Made by a program: the position numbers and the translations under genes. A DNA stretch of 51,601 bases, taken from the sequence record DRR723986_17763. One strand, 5' to 3'. The notes under the pieces are model-generated. The model saw nothing but the letters and a program-made list of their open reading frames with translations. It was not told the DNA's origin and ran no database searches. This document shows positions 19,509 through 28,642 of this stretch, one piece after another; the stretch's first letter is position 1, and each line of letters starts with the position of its first letter.

Positions 19509-20327
19509 TTACCAGAAGATCGGCCCTTTTCCTAAGTACTTTTCAGCTATCGGCAAATAGTAGTCCTTCACATCTTCCAAATCATAGATCTTTGGAGATT
19601 TAGTGTACAAATCATATTGGTTAAAATCCAAAATCCACTCTTTGTATTGAGCGTCTTGCGGAGCTAAAAACTGTGTATAGCTGCCGCCGGTATGCCAAGG
19701 ATAAAATGAGTGATAGCGAACCATAGCCATTCCAGCTTCAGGGATCGTATTTTCTGAGTGATTGTTTAAAACTTGATAAAAATATTCATCATGTCCCCAT
19801 GCTAACTGGAGATTGTCCAAGCCACAGCCTTTTTCATAAACTCCCAATTCAGTATTGTAGCGAGGATCTTTCATGTCAGGATTTAGCTCATTGAATTCAG
19901 GGTAAACGCAGGTATCCGGTAGTTTTGCTCCAACCACAAACACGTCTCCTACCAGCCCCCATTGCTCGTCCTGGCTCGTTCCGTCCTCATCAGACCCGAA
20001 CAGATACATCACTTTGCCGAGATCGTGAATCAAACCGACCAACTGCATCCAGTCAGGACGATTGTCAGCACGTAAGGCTTCTGCAGATTGAATTAAATGC
20101 TGCACATTAGGCAAATCAAGGTCTGGATCGCTGACGTCAATGAGTGCATTGAGCTTTTCCATCGCATCCCAAAGGTTCATCGGCTTATCAAACGTTAGGT
20201 ATTTTGACTTCATCCGCTGCACATAATCGTAAGTTTGATACATGCGCATTTTTCTGTAATGCTCTTTCACGGCAGCTTTGATGTCTGCCTTGTTATAATT
20301 TCTGAATTCCTTTTCTGTAGTTTCCAT
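19509..20327 (-). CDS. Inositol oxygenase (MIOX family, HD-fold diiron enzyme)
   Basis: DVSDPD, QHLIQSAE, GLIHDLGK, WGHDEY, RYHSFYPWH, FNQYDLYTK; start moved to ATG 20327. Confidence 0.9.
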   Translation of the reverse strand: METTEKEFRNYNKADIKAAVKEHYRKMRMYQTYDYVQRMKSKYLTFDKPMNLWDAMEKLNALIDVSDPDLDLPNVQHLIQSAEALRADNRPDWMQLVGLIHDLGKVMYLFGSDEDGTSQDEQWGLVGDVFVVGAKLPDTCVYPEFNELNPDMKDPRYNTELGVYEKGCGLDNLQLAWGHDEYFYQVLNNHSENTIPEAGMAMVRYHSFYPWHTGGSYTQFLAPQDAQYKEWILDFNQYDLYTKSPKIYDLEDVKDYYLPIAEKYLGKGPIFW

Positions 20328-20331
20328 AGCC

Positions 20332-21936
20332 TTAAGCAATTGTACCTAAAATTACATAAATAATTACTGTGATTGCAATCAAAATCCAGCCCAGCATTGT
20401 GGCATGTTTCCAAGGAACAATGCTGAGTTTGCCTGAATCTACCATTACAAATGGATTTTTTACTGGAAATTGAGCAGATACCAAATGCATCACAATTAGA
20501 TTGAGTATAAACTCTATTCCCCAAATATGAACGAAATGGATGTTGACTTTAAGTATCAAATCCATCAAAATGTAGAATGCTAAGCCGAAAACCAATCCTG
20601 CTTTGGCTCCGGCTGCAGATACTTTTGGGAAAAAGAATCCTGCGATAATCACGGTAGCCATCGGGATAAAGAAGATGCCATTTAGCTGTTGCAAAAGCTG
20701 ATAAAGCCCTGCCGGTGCATTGGCCACAAAAGGTGCAACTAGAATAGAAACAATCGCCAAAATTGCTGAAACCCACTTTCCTATTCGGACGAGTTGACCT
20801 TCCTTAGCTGATTTCTTGATATAAACTTTAAAAATATCTAGGCTGAAAATAGTCGCTGCGCTATTCAAAGCACTATTGAACGTACTCAAAATCGCCCCCA
20901 TGATCACCGCTACAAAGAATCCTGTCATCCACGGCGGAAGCACACGCTTGACCAGCTCTGGATAGACGCTATCCTGGGAATCAAAAAGCGTATCACCGAA
21001 ATAATAGAAGCCTATAATCCCAGGAAGGACAATCACAAGTGGGATCAGGATTTTCAAAATTCCTGTAAATAATAATCCCTTTTGCGCTTCTTTCAGACTC
21101 ACCGCTCCTAGTGCTCGCTGCACAATGGATTGATGCATGGTCCAGAAATACAATTGATTGATGATCAGTCCGGTGAAAAGCACTTCGAAAGGAAGAATGG
21201 AATCTCTGGATCCCGGACCGATAGAAGGTTCTTTGCTGATCACATTAAACTTCTCGGGAGCATTGTTAAAGACCTTCACCAAGCCATCTATTACATTTCC
21301 ATCTCCAATATCCCAAAGCGCAAAGATAGGAACAAGCAAACCAGCGATCAGCAAGCCGAAGCCATTGATGGTGTCTGTGTAAGCGACCATTTTCAATCCT
21401 CCAAAAATCGCATAAACTGCTCCGATTACTCCCACCACGACTACTGTAAGCCAAATTCCTTCTTTTTGTGTGATCCCGAGTGTTTCCGAAATCCCAAAAA
21501 TTGATTCAATATTTATCGCTCCTGTATAGAGTACAATTGGAAGTAAGGTGACTACAAATGATGTGATAAGTAAAAGCGAAATCAGCGCCTGCGTCATCTT
21601 ATCATACCTTTTTTCCAAAAACTCAGGAATGGTAGTCAATCCCATTCTCAGGTATTTTGGGATAAAGTACAGTGCACCGATCACCAAAGCGATGGCTGAA
21701 GTGACTTCCCAAGCGATAATGATCGCTCCGTTTTTATAGGCTGATCCATTCATTCCTACCAGGTGCTCGGTGGAAATATTGGTCAGCAACATGGAACCGG
21801 CGATGACTACGCCGGTCAAACTTCGACCACCTAGAAAATACCCGTCTTGGGTGGCGAGATTTTGCTTGCGCAGCATCCACGTGGAGTAGATAGCTACGAA
21901 GCCTGTGAATGCTAGAAAACTGAAAAGAGTAAGCAA
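20332..21936 (-). CDS. Solute:sodium symporter (SSS, YidK-like), probable inositol/sugar importer
   Basis: GYFLGGRSL, SMLLTNISTEHLVG, YAIFGGLK, IVQRALGA; many TM helices. Confidence 0.9.
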   Translation of the reverse strand: MLTLFSFLAFTGFVAIYSTWMLRKQNLATQDGYFLGGRSLTGVVIAGSMLLTNISTEHLVGMNGSAYKNGAIIIAWEVTSAIALVIGALYFIPKYLRMGLTTIPEFLEKRYDKMTQALISLLLITSFVVTLLPIVLYTGAINIESIFGISETLGITQKEGIWLTVVVVGVIGAVYAIFGGLKMVAYTDTINGFGLLIAGLLVPIFALWDIGDGNVIDGLVKVFNNAPEKFNVISKEPSIGPGSRDSILPFEVLFTGLIINQLYFWTMHQSIVQRALGAVSLKEAQKGLLFTGILKILIPLVIVLPGIIGFYYFGDTLFDSQDSVYPELVKRVLPPWMTGFFVAVIMGAILSTFNSALNSAATIFSLDIFKVYIKKSAKEGQLVRIGKWVSAILAIVSILVAPFVANAPAGLYQLLQQLNGIFFIPMATVIIAGFFFPKVSAAGAKAGLVFGLAFYILMDLILKVNIHFVHIWGIEFILNLIVMHLVSAQFPVKNPFVMVDSGKLSIVPWKHATMLGWILIAITVIIYVILGTIA

Positions 21937-22256
21937 TTATTTTGGGTTGTGTGGGTTTATTGAAATTGTATTCTGGAAAAATAGGAAAATAGAACGGGTA
22001 GACAAAAGTTCCGGTGTTATCTAATGGTCAATAGCAAATTTCCCTTTTGATGAAGTTAAAGTGTCAAACACAAGGTTAGGTCTATTCTAAAAAATGATAC
22101 TTACCTCATTCAGGATTCTTTGGTCCCTACAGATATTTTTGGTTTAATGAGACGGATTAATGATATTGAAGTAGGTTTCTTTGGATTAAAAACTATAGTC
22201 ATAAGGAATTTCATTACTGCTTTTATCTGAAATAGTCCAATTTTTTCTTCTATCCT

Positions 22257-22931
22257 ATGGTAGCAACACTCAAAATAGAGCAATCTCAAAGGGTTGTAAA
22301 TATCGTTTTCCAAATTCTTTTAATCCTTATTCTCATCTTTGGTAATATTTCTACAATTGCTATCCCTCGAGGGATCATTGGATGGCAGATTTCCCATTTT
22401 TTCTTGATTGCTGTAGCGGATTTTTATGTAGATGACTTCCGGGAACCAAAATTAAAATACAGTCTATTGCTATATGCTGCTTTTGCAGTTTTTATCCTAT
22501 TTAGTCTTTCTGAAAATGTTTTTGATAAACTCTATATTCGTTTGCATGGTGCCATCCTGATTTTAGGGAATCTATTAGGGAGGAAGATAGATAGGCCGTT
22601 TTGGAAGCATATTACGGTAGTGTATTTGCTGATCCTCTGCGTGTATGAATATCGCAACAATGAAATGACGCAGGATTTAATAACTATCAGTGCCTACTCG
22701 GTTGTTGCAATTTTGATTTTAGGTTTGGTTGAAAAACTTTCCGAGCGTCATAAGAATTTTTGGATGCTGCATTCAAGTTTATTATTTGTTTGGATTATTT
22801 ATCAAGGGCCATATTACAGAGAAGCATTTGTGTTTTTAATAGGAGGTACAGCCTACGAATTGACGAAGCTTTTTATCAATGAGCTGGGATTCAATTTTGT
22901 TTTTAAAAAGGATAAAGGAAGTATGGGCTAA
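22257..22931 (+). CDS. Hypothetical multi-pass membrane protein
   Basis: 224-aa hydrophobic ORF in AT-rich DNA; no motif recognised. Confidence 0.55.
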   Translation: MVATLKIEQSQRVVNIVFQILLILILIFGNISTIAIPRGIIGWQISHFFLIAVADFYVDDFREPKLKYSLLLYAAFAVFILFSLSENVFDKLYIRLHGAILILGNLLGRKIDRPFWKHITVVYLLILCVYEYRNNEMTQDLITISAYSVVAILILGLVEKLSERHKNFWMLHSSLLFVWIIYQGPYYREAFVFLIGGTAYELTKLFINELGFNFVFKKDKGSMG

Positions 22932-23019
22932 CCCGATGACGATTGGTTTTATAGCTCTTTTGTTTTCCAGTTTTAAATTCAGGATGCATTACTTTAGTGA
23001 ATTCAATTAGCTGACGATA

Positions 23020-24432
23020 ATGAAAAAAATAACGAAAACTGCTTCCTTAATTATATTGATGTTCTTGGCTTCCCTGAGCAGCTTTGCTCAAGATATCACC
23101 GGCCAGTGGAATGGAGCACTGAAAGTTCAGACTGTCCAGCTTCGGTTGGTTTTTAATATTGAAAAATCAGAAAGCGGCTATAGCGCAACCATGGACAGTC
23201 CTGATCAAGGTGCATTTGGGATTCCAGTGACCTCGACCAGTTTCGAGGATGGTAAACTGAAAATCTCGATTACCAACGCCAATATAAAGTACGAGGGAAC
23301 GCTGGGTGATGACAATGTTATCGTCGGGGTTTTTACTCAGGCGGGTCAGGCCTTTCCTATGAATCTGTCCAGAGAGGAAATAGAAAAAGTAGTAGCAAAA
23401 AGACCACAGGAGCCTCAAAAACCTTTTTCTTACCGCTCTGAAAATGTGATTTTTGATAATAAACAGGCGGAAATATTATTGGCTGGTACACTTACGATGC
23501 CCGAGCAAGACGGGATATACCCAGCGGTGGTGCTGATCTCAGGGTCTGGTCCGCAAAATCGTGATGAAGAATTAATGGGGCATAAGCCTTTTTTGGTTTT
23601 GTCAGACTATCTGACTAGAAATGGGATTGCTGTATTGCGCTTTGATGATCGAGGCACGGCAGCTTCCACAGGTGATTTCAGTGCTGCTACTTCTGTTGAC
23701 TTTGCTACTGATGTAGCTTCGGCTGTGCAGTATTTGCAGTCAAGACCGGAGATAGACAAAAGTAAAATAGGTCTTGTCGGGCATAGTGAGGGCGGGATCA
23801 TCGCGCCTATGGTGGCGGGAGATTCTGATGACATTGACTTTATCGTGTTGCTTGCGGGGACTGGAATTCGTGGAGATAAACTACTTCTTGCGCAACAAAC
23901 ACTGATCGGGGAAGCTGCCGGGATGAGCCCCAATCAGCTTGAAGAAAATGAGATGATCAGCAGGAAAGCTTTTGAAATCATGGTCAAAGATCAAAGCGAT
24001 GAGGAACTTGAAAATGGTATCAAAGCCTACATGACTCAGGTGTTTCGCAATATCCCGGTAGAAAATGTGCCCGGAGGTATGACTGAGGAGGAGTTTGTTG
24101 CAGCTCAAGTGACCCAACTTACCAGTCCTTGGATGCAGAATTTTATCAAGTATGATCCAGCCCCGGCTTTGGAAAAAGTAAGCTGTCCGGTACTGGCGAT
24201 CAATGGAGAAAAAGACCTCCAAGTCCCACCGAAGGAGAACTTGGAAGCAATCAAAGCTGCCTTAGCAAAAGGAGGAAATACGAACGTGACTACGGTGGAA
24301 CTGGCCGGGCTGAATCACTTATTCCAGGAAGCTGAGACTGGCTCACCTAGCGAGTATGCTGAGATAGAGCAGACCTTCTCACCAAAGGCGCTTGAGGTGG
24401 TCACGAATTGGATCAAGGAGCAGGTGAAGTAA
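23020..24432 (+). CDS. Secreted alpha/beta hydrolase with N-terminal beta domain
   Basis: Signal peptide, ISGSGPQNRD, GHSEGG nucleophile, GEKDLQV, LNHLFQ. Confidence 0.88.
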   Translation: MKKITKTASLIILMFLASLSSFAQDITGQWNGALKVQTVQLRLVFNIEKSESGYSATMDSPDQGAFGIPVTSTSFEDGKLKISITNANIKYEGTLGDDNVIVGVFTQAGQAFPMNLSREEIEKVVAKRPQEPQKPFSYRSENVIFDNKQAEILLAGTLTMPEQDGIYPAVVLISGSGPQNRDEELMGHKPFLVLSDYLTRNGIAVLRFDDRGTAASTGDFSAATSVDFATDVASAVQYLQSRPEIDKSKIGLVGHSEGGIIAPMVAGDSDDIDFIVLLAGTGIRGDKLLLAQQTLIGEAAGMSPNQLEENEMISRKAFEIMVKDQSDEELENGIKAYMTQVFRNIPVENVPGGMTEEEFVAAQVTQLTSPWMQNFIKYDPAPALEKVSCPVLAINGEKDLQVPPKENLEAIKAALAKGGNTNVTTVELAGLNHLFQEAETGSPSEYAEIEQTFSPKALEVVTNWIKEQVK

Positions 24433-24456
24433 TTAACTCCATAAATAGCTTCTGAC

Positions 24457-27423
24457 TTATGTTGATATAGCAAAATCTTTGCTTGTCGGCGGTACCTCCT
24501 TCTTCCCCTTCAGCCCCACTTTCCACATGCCATGTACATCCACGGCGAAGGTCCCGAATTCCTCTACGACCTTGCCTCGCATTTTGTAAAATCCTTGGCC
24601 CTGAAAAGGAAAGCGCTTCAACGAAGGAGGAAAATGCACCGTGTCCAGCCAGTCTCCCTTGGGATCCAGAAAAGTCCCAAAAGCCATGTGCTCCCGGTGT
24701 ATCGTTCGTACGTCTTTCGTGACTACGAGTCGACCGAGAACTTCCACATTTTTCCCTAATAACTGTGGAAGTTGGGCTGCCAGAACAGTTCCTTTGCCAT
24801 CGTGAGCACAAAGACGGAACATGTCCGTAAGCGCAAAACCCAGCACATTGATCTCGTCTAGCGCGTCTTCCAGCGGGTAATCAGGAAAATCCGGTAGGGT
24901 AAAATCCATGGGAGGTTCCTTGAAAAGTGCCGGAGAATCAGGAATAGACGTGAGATGCTTTTGGGCGAAATTGGCTTTCCAAAGCAGTTTTTTCTTTCCC
25001 AAACCTGTAAACTCAAATGCCCCCACACTGATCAGAATATTCAGTTGCTCCGGACCGGCATGCGTGCGCTCGATAAAATCCTCCAAACCCAGGTAATCTC
25101 CATTGGCCTGCCTTTCTTCCAAGATCAAATCGCAGAGCTTCTTTTCCAGTTGCTGCACGTGGATCAAACCTACGAAGACCTCCTCTCGAATGATGTTGGT
25201 CAGGTACTCACTGCGATTGACACAGGGTGGGTTGACCTTTGCTCCGGTTCGCTTGAGCTCGTGGAAATAGAATTCGGTGCTGTAAAATCCTCCAAAGTTA
25301 TTGATCACCGCCACCATAAATTCCATGGGGAAATAGGTCTTCAGGTAAAGACTCTGGTAGCTTTCCACTGCAAAAGAAGCTGAGTGCGCCTTGGAAAAGG
25401 AATAGCCGCCGAAAGATTCCATTTGCCTCCAAACTTCCGCTGCGACGGTGTCATCATGCCCTAGTTTCTTGCAGTTTGCAAAGTACTTTTCCCGGATCTC
25501 ATTGAAGCGATTGTGCGATCTGTACTTGCCCGACATGGCCCGACGCAGAATATCCGCCTCGCCCATATCCAGTCCTGCGAAGTGATGGGCAACCTTGATC
25601 ACATCTTCCTGATACACCATCACGCCGAAGGTTTCCTCCAGCAATTCCTTCATTTTAGGATGCAGGTAGATGATCTTTTCGGGATCGTGAAATCGCTCGA
25701 TGTATTGCTTCATCATCCCCGACTGCGACACGCCTGGTCGTATGATGGAACTGGCCGCTACCAGTGTGAGGTAATCGTCACATTTGAGTTTGGTGAGGAG
25801 CTGGCGCATGGCCGGACTCTCGATGTAAAAGCAGCCGATCGTATCTGCTTTCCGGATTTGCTCGGCGACTTTGAGGTCACTCATAAACTCTTCTACCCGA
25901 TGGATATCGATGTCGATTCCCCGGTTTTGCTTCACCAGTCGGATGGCTTCCTTGATATGTCCCAATCCGCGCTGACTGAGGATGTCAAGTTTGAACAGGC
26001 CGATTTTCTCTGCCAAAAACATATCGATCTGTGCCGTGCAAAAGCCCTTTGGTGGCAGTTCGTTGACCGTGTATTGATAGATAGGCTTCTCGGAAATCAG
26101 CATTCCGCCCGGGTGAATGGAAAGATGATTCGGGAAATTTTCCAGCAGCTGTCCGTATTTCAAAATCGTGCGCTGGATTTTATCCTCATTCATCGGCTGA
26201 TCCTTGCCTCGGACGAGTTGGTCGATTTCTTCTTTTGGCAGACCAAAAACTTTCCCCAACTCACGGATCACGGCTCTGCGCTGAAAGGTGCTGTACATTC
26301 CCAGGAGGGATACATGATCTTTACCGTAGCGCTTGAAAATGTAATCGATCACTTCATCCCGGTCTTTCCAGGAGAAATCTATGTCAAAATCCGGCGGGGA
26401 AGTCCGGTGTGGATTGAGAAATCGCTCGAAATACAAGTCGAGCTTGATCGGATCCACATCGGTGATTTTCAGGCAGTAAGCTACAATGGAATTGGCGCCA
26501 CTTCCTCGTCCTACGTAGTAAAAGCCACGATTTTGCGCATAGCGGATTACGTCCCAAACGATCAGGAAATATGCGTTGAAATTTAGATCATTGATGATTT
26601 TCAGTTCTTTGATTACCCGTGCTTTGGCTACAGGATTATTGCCATAGCGATAGTGAAAGCCTTCCATGGCGAGCTTTTCCAGTAAAATACGGTCATCTTC
26701 TCCGCTGGCGCTGTAATGCTTTTTGTTTTTGTCGGTGTGGAGTTCGGTTTTAATTTCACAGGAATCGATCAGCTGTAGCGTATTGCTGATCATGCCGGGA
26801 AAATTCCGAAAAGCACTCATCAGCGCTGCTTCCGACACAAACATTTCATCCGGGGAGGCAAAGTCCTTTTCTCCCAGTTTACTGATCAGCGTATTCTTGC
26901 CGATGGCTCGAAGCAGACGATGGATATTGAAAGCAGTTTTGTCCTGAAAAGTTACCGGATGTCGGATGATGTATTTCTTGGGAAAGGCTTCCACTTCCTG
27001 CTTTTTGACGCGATTCAGCTCGCTCGCCAATACGCCGATGAATTCATGTTCTTTTAGATTTTGCGCAGCAAAGCTTCCAAAAGGATAAATAATCAGCACT
27101 TCTGAAAAACAGTCAGGTCGCTCAGGAAAAGCTAATTCCTGCTGTAAATGCTGAGACAAAAACCGATTGATTTCAAGAAGTCCCGCATCATTTTTCGCCA
27201 ATAAGGTATAGCAGAAAACATCGGCGTTTCGGATTTCCGTTCCGACGATGGGTTTGATGTTTTTTACCCTACAGAAATCCACGAAATCCCAGCTGTCTGC
27301 CGTGCTGTTGATATTGGTGAGGCCAAGAGAGGAAAGGCCGCGTTCGGCTGCAGCATCCACGAGCTTTTCGGTGCTGAAGGTGCCGTAGCGGTAGCTGAAC
27401 CAGGTTTTACAAGTAATAAACAT
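24457..27423 (-). CDS. dnaE2: DNA polymerase III alpha-like, error-prone DnaE2 type
   Basis: GRGSGANS, LYFERFL, PPDFDIDF, KLDIL, FSKAHS; 988 aa; coupled to dinB. Confidence 0.9.
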   Translation of the reverse strand: MFITCKTWFSYRYGTFSTEKLVDAAAERGLSSLGLTNINSTADSWDFVDFCRVKNIKPIVGTEIRNADVFCYTLLAKNDAGLLEINRFLSQHLQQELAFPERPDCFSEVLIIYPFGSFAAQNLKEHEFIGVLASELNRVKKQEVEAFPKKYIIRHPVTFQDKTAFNIHRLLRAIGKNTLISKLGEKDFASPDEMFVSEAALMSAFRNFPGMISNTLQLIDSCEIKTELHTDKNKKHYSASGEDDRILLEKLAMEGFHYRYGNNPVAKARVIKELKIINDLNFNAYFLIVWDVIRYAQNRGFYYVGRGSGANSIVAYCLKITDVDPIKLDLYFERFLNPHRTSPPDFDIDFSWKDRDEVIDYIFKRYGKDHVSLLGMYSTFQRRAVIRELGKVFGLPKEEIDQLVRGKDQPMNEDKIQRTILKYGQLLENFPNHLSIHPGGMLISEKPIYQYTVNELPPKGFCTAQIDMFLAEKIGLFKLDILSQRGLGHIKEAIRLVKQNRGIDIDIHRVEEFMSDLKVAEQIRKADTIGCFYIESPAMRQLLTKLKCDDYLTLVAASSIIRPGVSQSGMMKQYIERFHDPEKIIYLHPKMKELLEETFGVMVYQEDVIKVAHHFAGLDMGEADILRRAMSGKYRSHNRFNEIREKYFANCKKLGHDDTVAAEVWRQMESFGGYSFSKAHSASFAVESYQSLYLKTYFPMEFMVAVINNFGGFYSTEFYFHELKRTGAKVNPPCVNRSEYLTNIIREEVFVGLIHVQQLEKKLCDLILEERQANGDYLGLEDFIERTHAGPEQLNILISVGAFEFTGLGKKKLLWKANFAQKHLTSIPDSPALFKEPPMDFTLPDFPDYPLEDALDEINVLGFALTDMFRLCAHDGKGTVLAAQLPQLLGKNVEVLGRLVVTKDVRTIHREHMAFGTFLDPKGDWLDTVHFPPSLKRFPFQGQGFYKMRGKVVEEFGTFAVDVHGMWKVGLKGKKEVPPTSKDFAIST

Positions 27424-27424
27424 T

Positions 27425-28573
27425 TTAGGTGCGGGTTAGGGTGATGGCTCGAGTGAGGCTTTTTTCGCCGTAGCGGTTTTTGATCCAGTCGATGGCTTGG
27501 TACAGGTTTACACCTTCTTCGGTGTCTTGGAAAAGGTCGATCTGCTGATTTCCCTGTACGAGATGACTGACTTTTACACCGACCAGCCGCACGAGCATTC
27601 TCCGGTCATAGAGCTTGGCAAAGAGTTCCTTGGCTCTTTCCAGCAGTACTTCATCCGAACTGGTGTACGATATAATGCATTTACGGCTGACCGTGTCGAA
27701 ATTTGCATAGCGAAGCTTCACCGTGATGCAACCGCAGAGCTTGCGTTTTTGGCGAAGCTCAAAGCCGACTTTTTCCGTCATTCGCACGAGCTGGCTATTG
27801 AGAAAAGCCATGTCGATGGTGTCCGACTCAAAGGTGTTTTCCGTGCCAATGCTCTTTTGCTCGGTGTATGGAATGACCGGTGATTCGTCAATTCCATTGG
27901 CTTTTCGGGAAAGGTCGATTCCCCATTTTCCCAGGAGATTTTGCATCATGCGTGGAGGAATCTCGCTGAGTAAGCGGATGTTTTCTACGCCCATTCGCTC
28001 CAATAAGGTGGAGGTTTTTTCACCTATCCCCGGCATTCTTCGAATTGGAAGTGGTGCTAGGTAGGGTTTCTCCTTGCCAAAAGGAATAGTCGTCTGCCCG
28101 TTCGGTTTGGCGTCATGGGTGGCAACTTTGGATACGAGTTTGTTCACTGCCAAAGCGCAGGAAATCGGTAAGCCAGATTCCTTGACGATCTTTTCGCGTA
28201 GTTCTTTGGTGAATTTTTCGCAGCCAAAAAAGCGATCCATTCCTGTCATATCGATGTAAAATTCATCGATGGAAGCCTTCTCCATCAGCGGAACCTGCTC
28301 CTGAATGACTTCCGTGACCAAGCGCGACTGCTGGCTGTAGCTGTCATGATCGCCTTTGATATAAAATGCCGAAGGGCAAAGTCTACGTGCCAATTTCATC
28401 GGCATGGCGGAATGCACCCCAAACTTTCTGGCCTCATAACTACAAGAAGCTACCACACCACGATCGGAACTGCCTCCGATGATGACGGGTTTTCCCTTTA
28501 ACGCTTCGTTTTTCAACCGCTCCACAGACACAAAAAACGTGTCTAGATCCAAATGCACGATATGCCTTTCCAT
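27425..28573 (-). CDS. dinB: Y-family DNA polymerase IV
   Basis: HLDLDTFFVSVE, SYEAR, SIDEFY, KPNG, C-terminal QIDLF clamp motif. Confidence 0.93.
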   Translation of the reverse strand: MERHIVHLDLDTFFVSVERLKNEALKGKPVIIGGSSDRGVVASCSYEARKFGVHSAMPMKLARRLCPSAFYIKGDHDSYSQQSRLVTEVIQEQVPLMEKASIDEFYIDMTGMDRFFGCEKFTKELREKIVKESGLPISCALAVNKLVSKVATHDAKPNGQTTIPFGKEKPYLAPLPIRRMPGIGEKTSTLLERMGVENIRLLSEIPPRMMQNLLGKWGIDLSRKANGIDESPVIPYTEQKSIGTENTFESDTIDMAFLNSQLVRMTEKVGFELRQKRKLCGCITVKLRYANFDTVSRKCIISYTSSDEVLLERAKELFAKLYDRRMLVRLVGVKVSHLVQGNQQIDLFQDTEEGVNLYQAIDWIKNRYGEKSLTRAITLTRT

Positions 28574-28586
28574 TTCTCGGATTACT

Positions 28587-28603
28587 TGCTATATTTGATA
28601 GTA
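28587..28603. promoter_or_regulatory. Palindromic operator candidate for LexA-like repressor
   Basis: TGCTAT-ATTTG-ATAGTA (CTAT-N5-ATAG) overlapping TATATTTG -7 element between divergent dinB and repressor. Confidence 0.6.
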
Positions 28604-28642
28604 TTAGTATCATTTTATTGTCATTAATTGTATCGAATAAAA

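Noticed and set aside
25513-26586. 357-aa ORF on + strand
   Set aside because: Entirely antisense to the conserved core of dnaE2 with no motifs; typical shadow ORF
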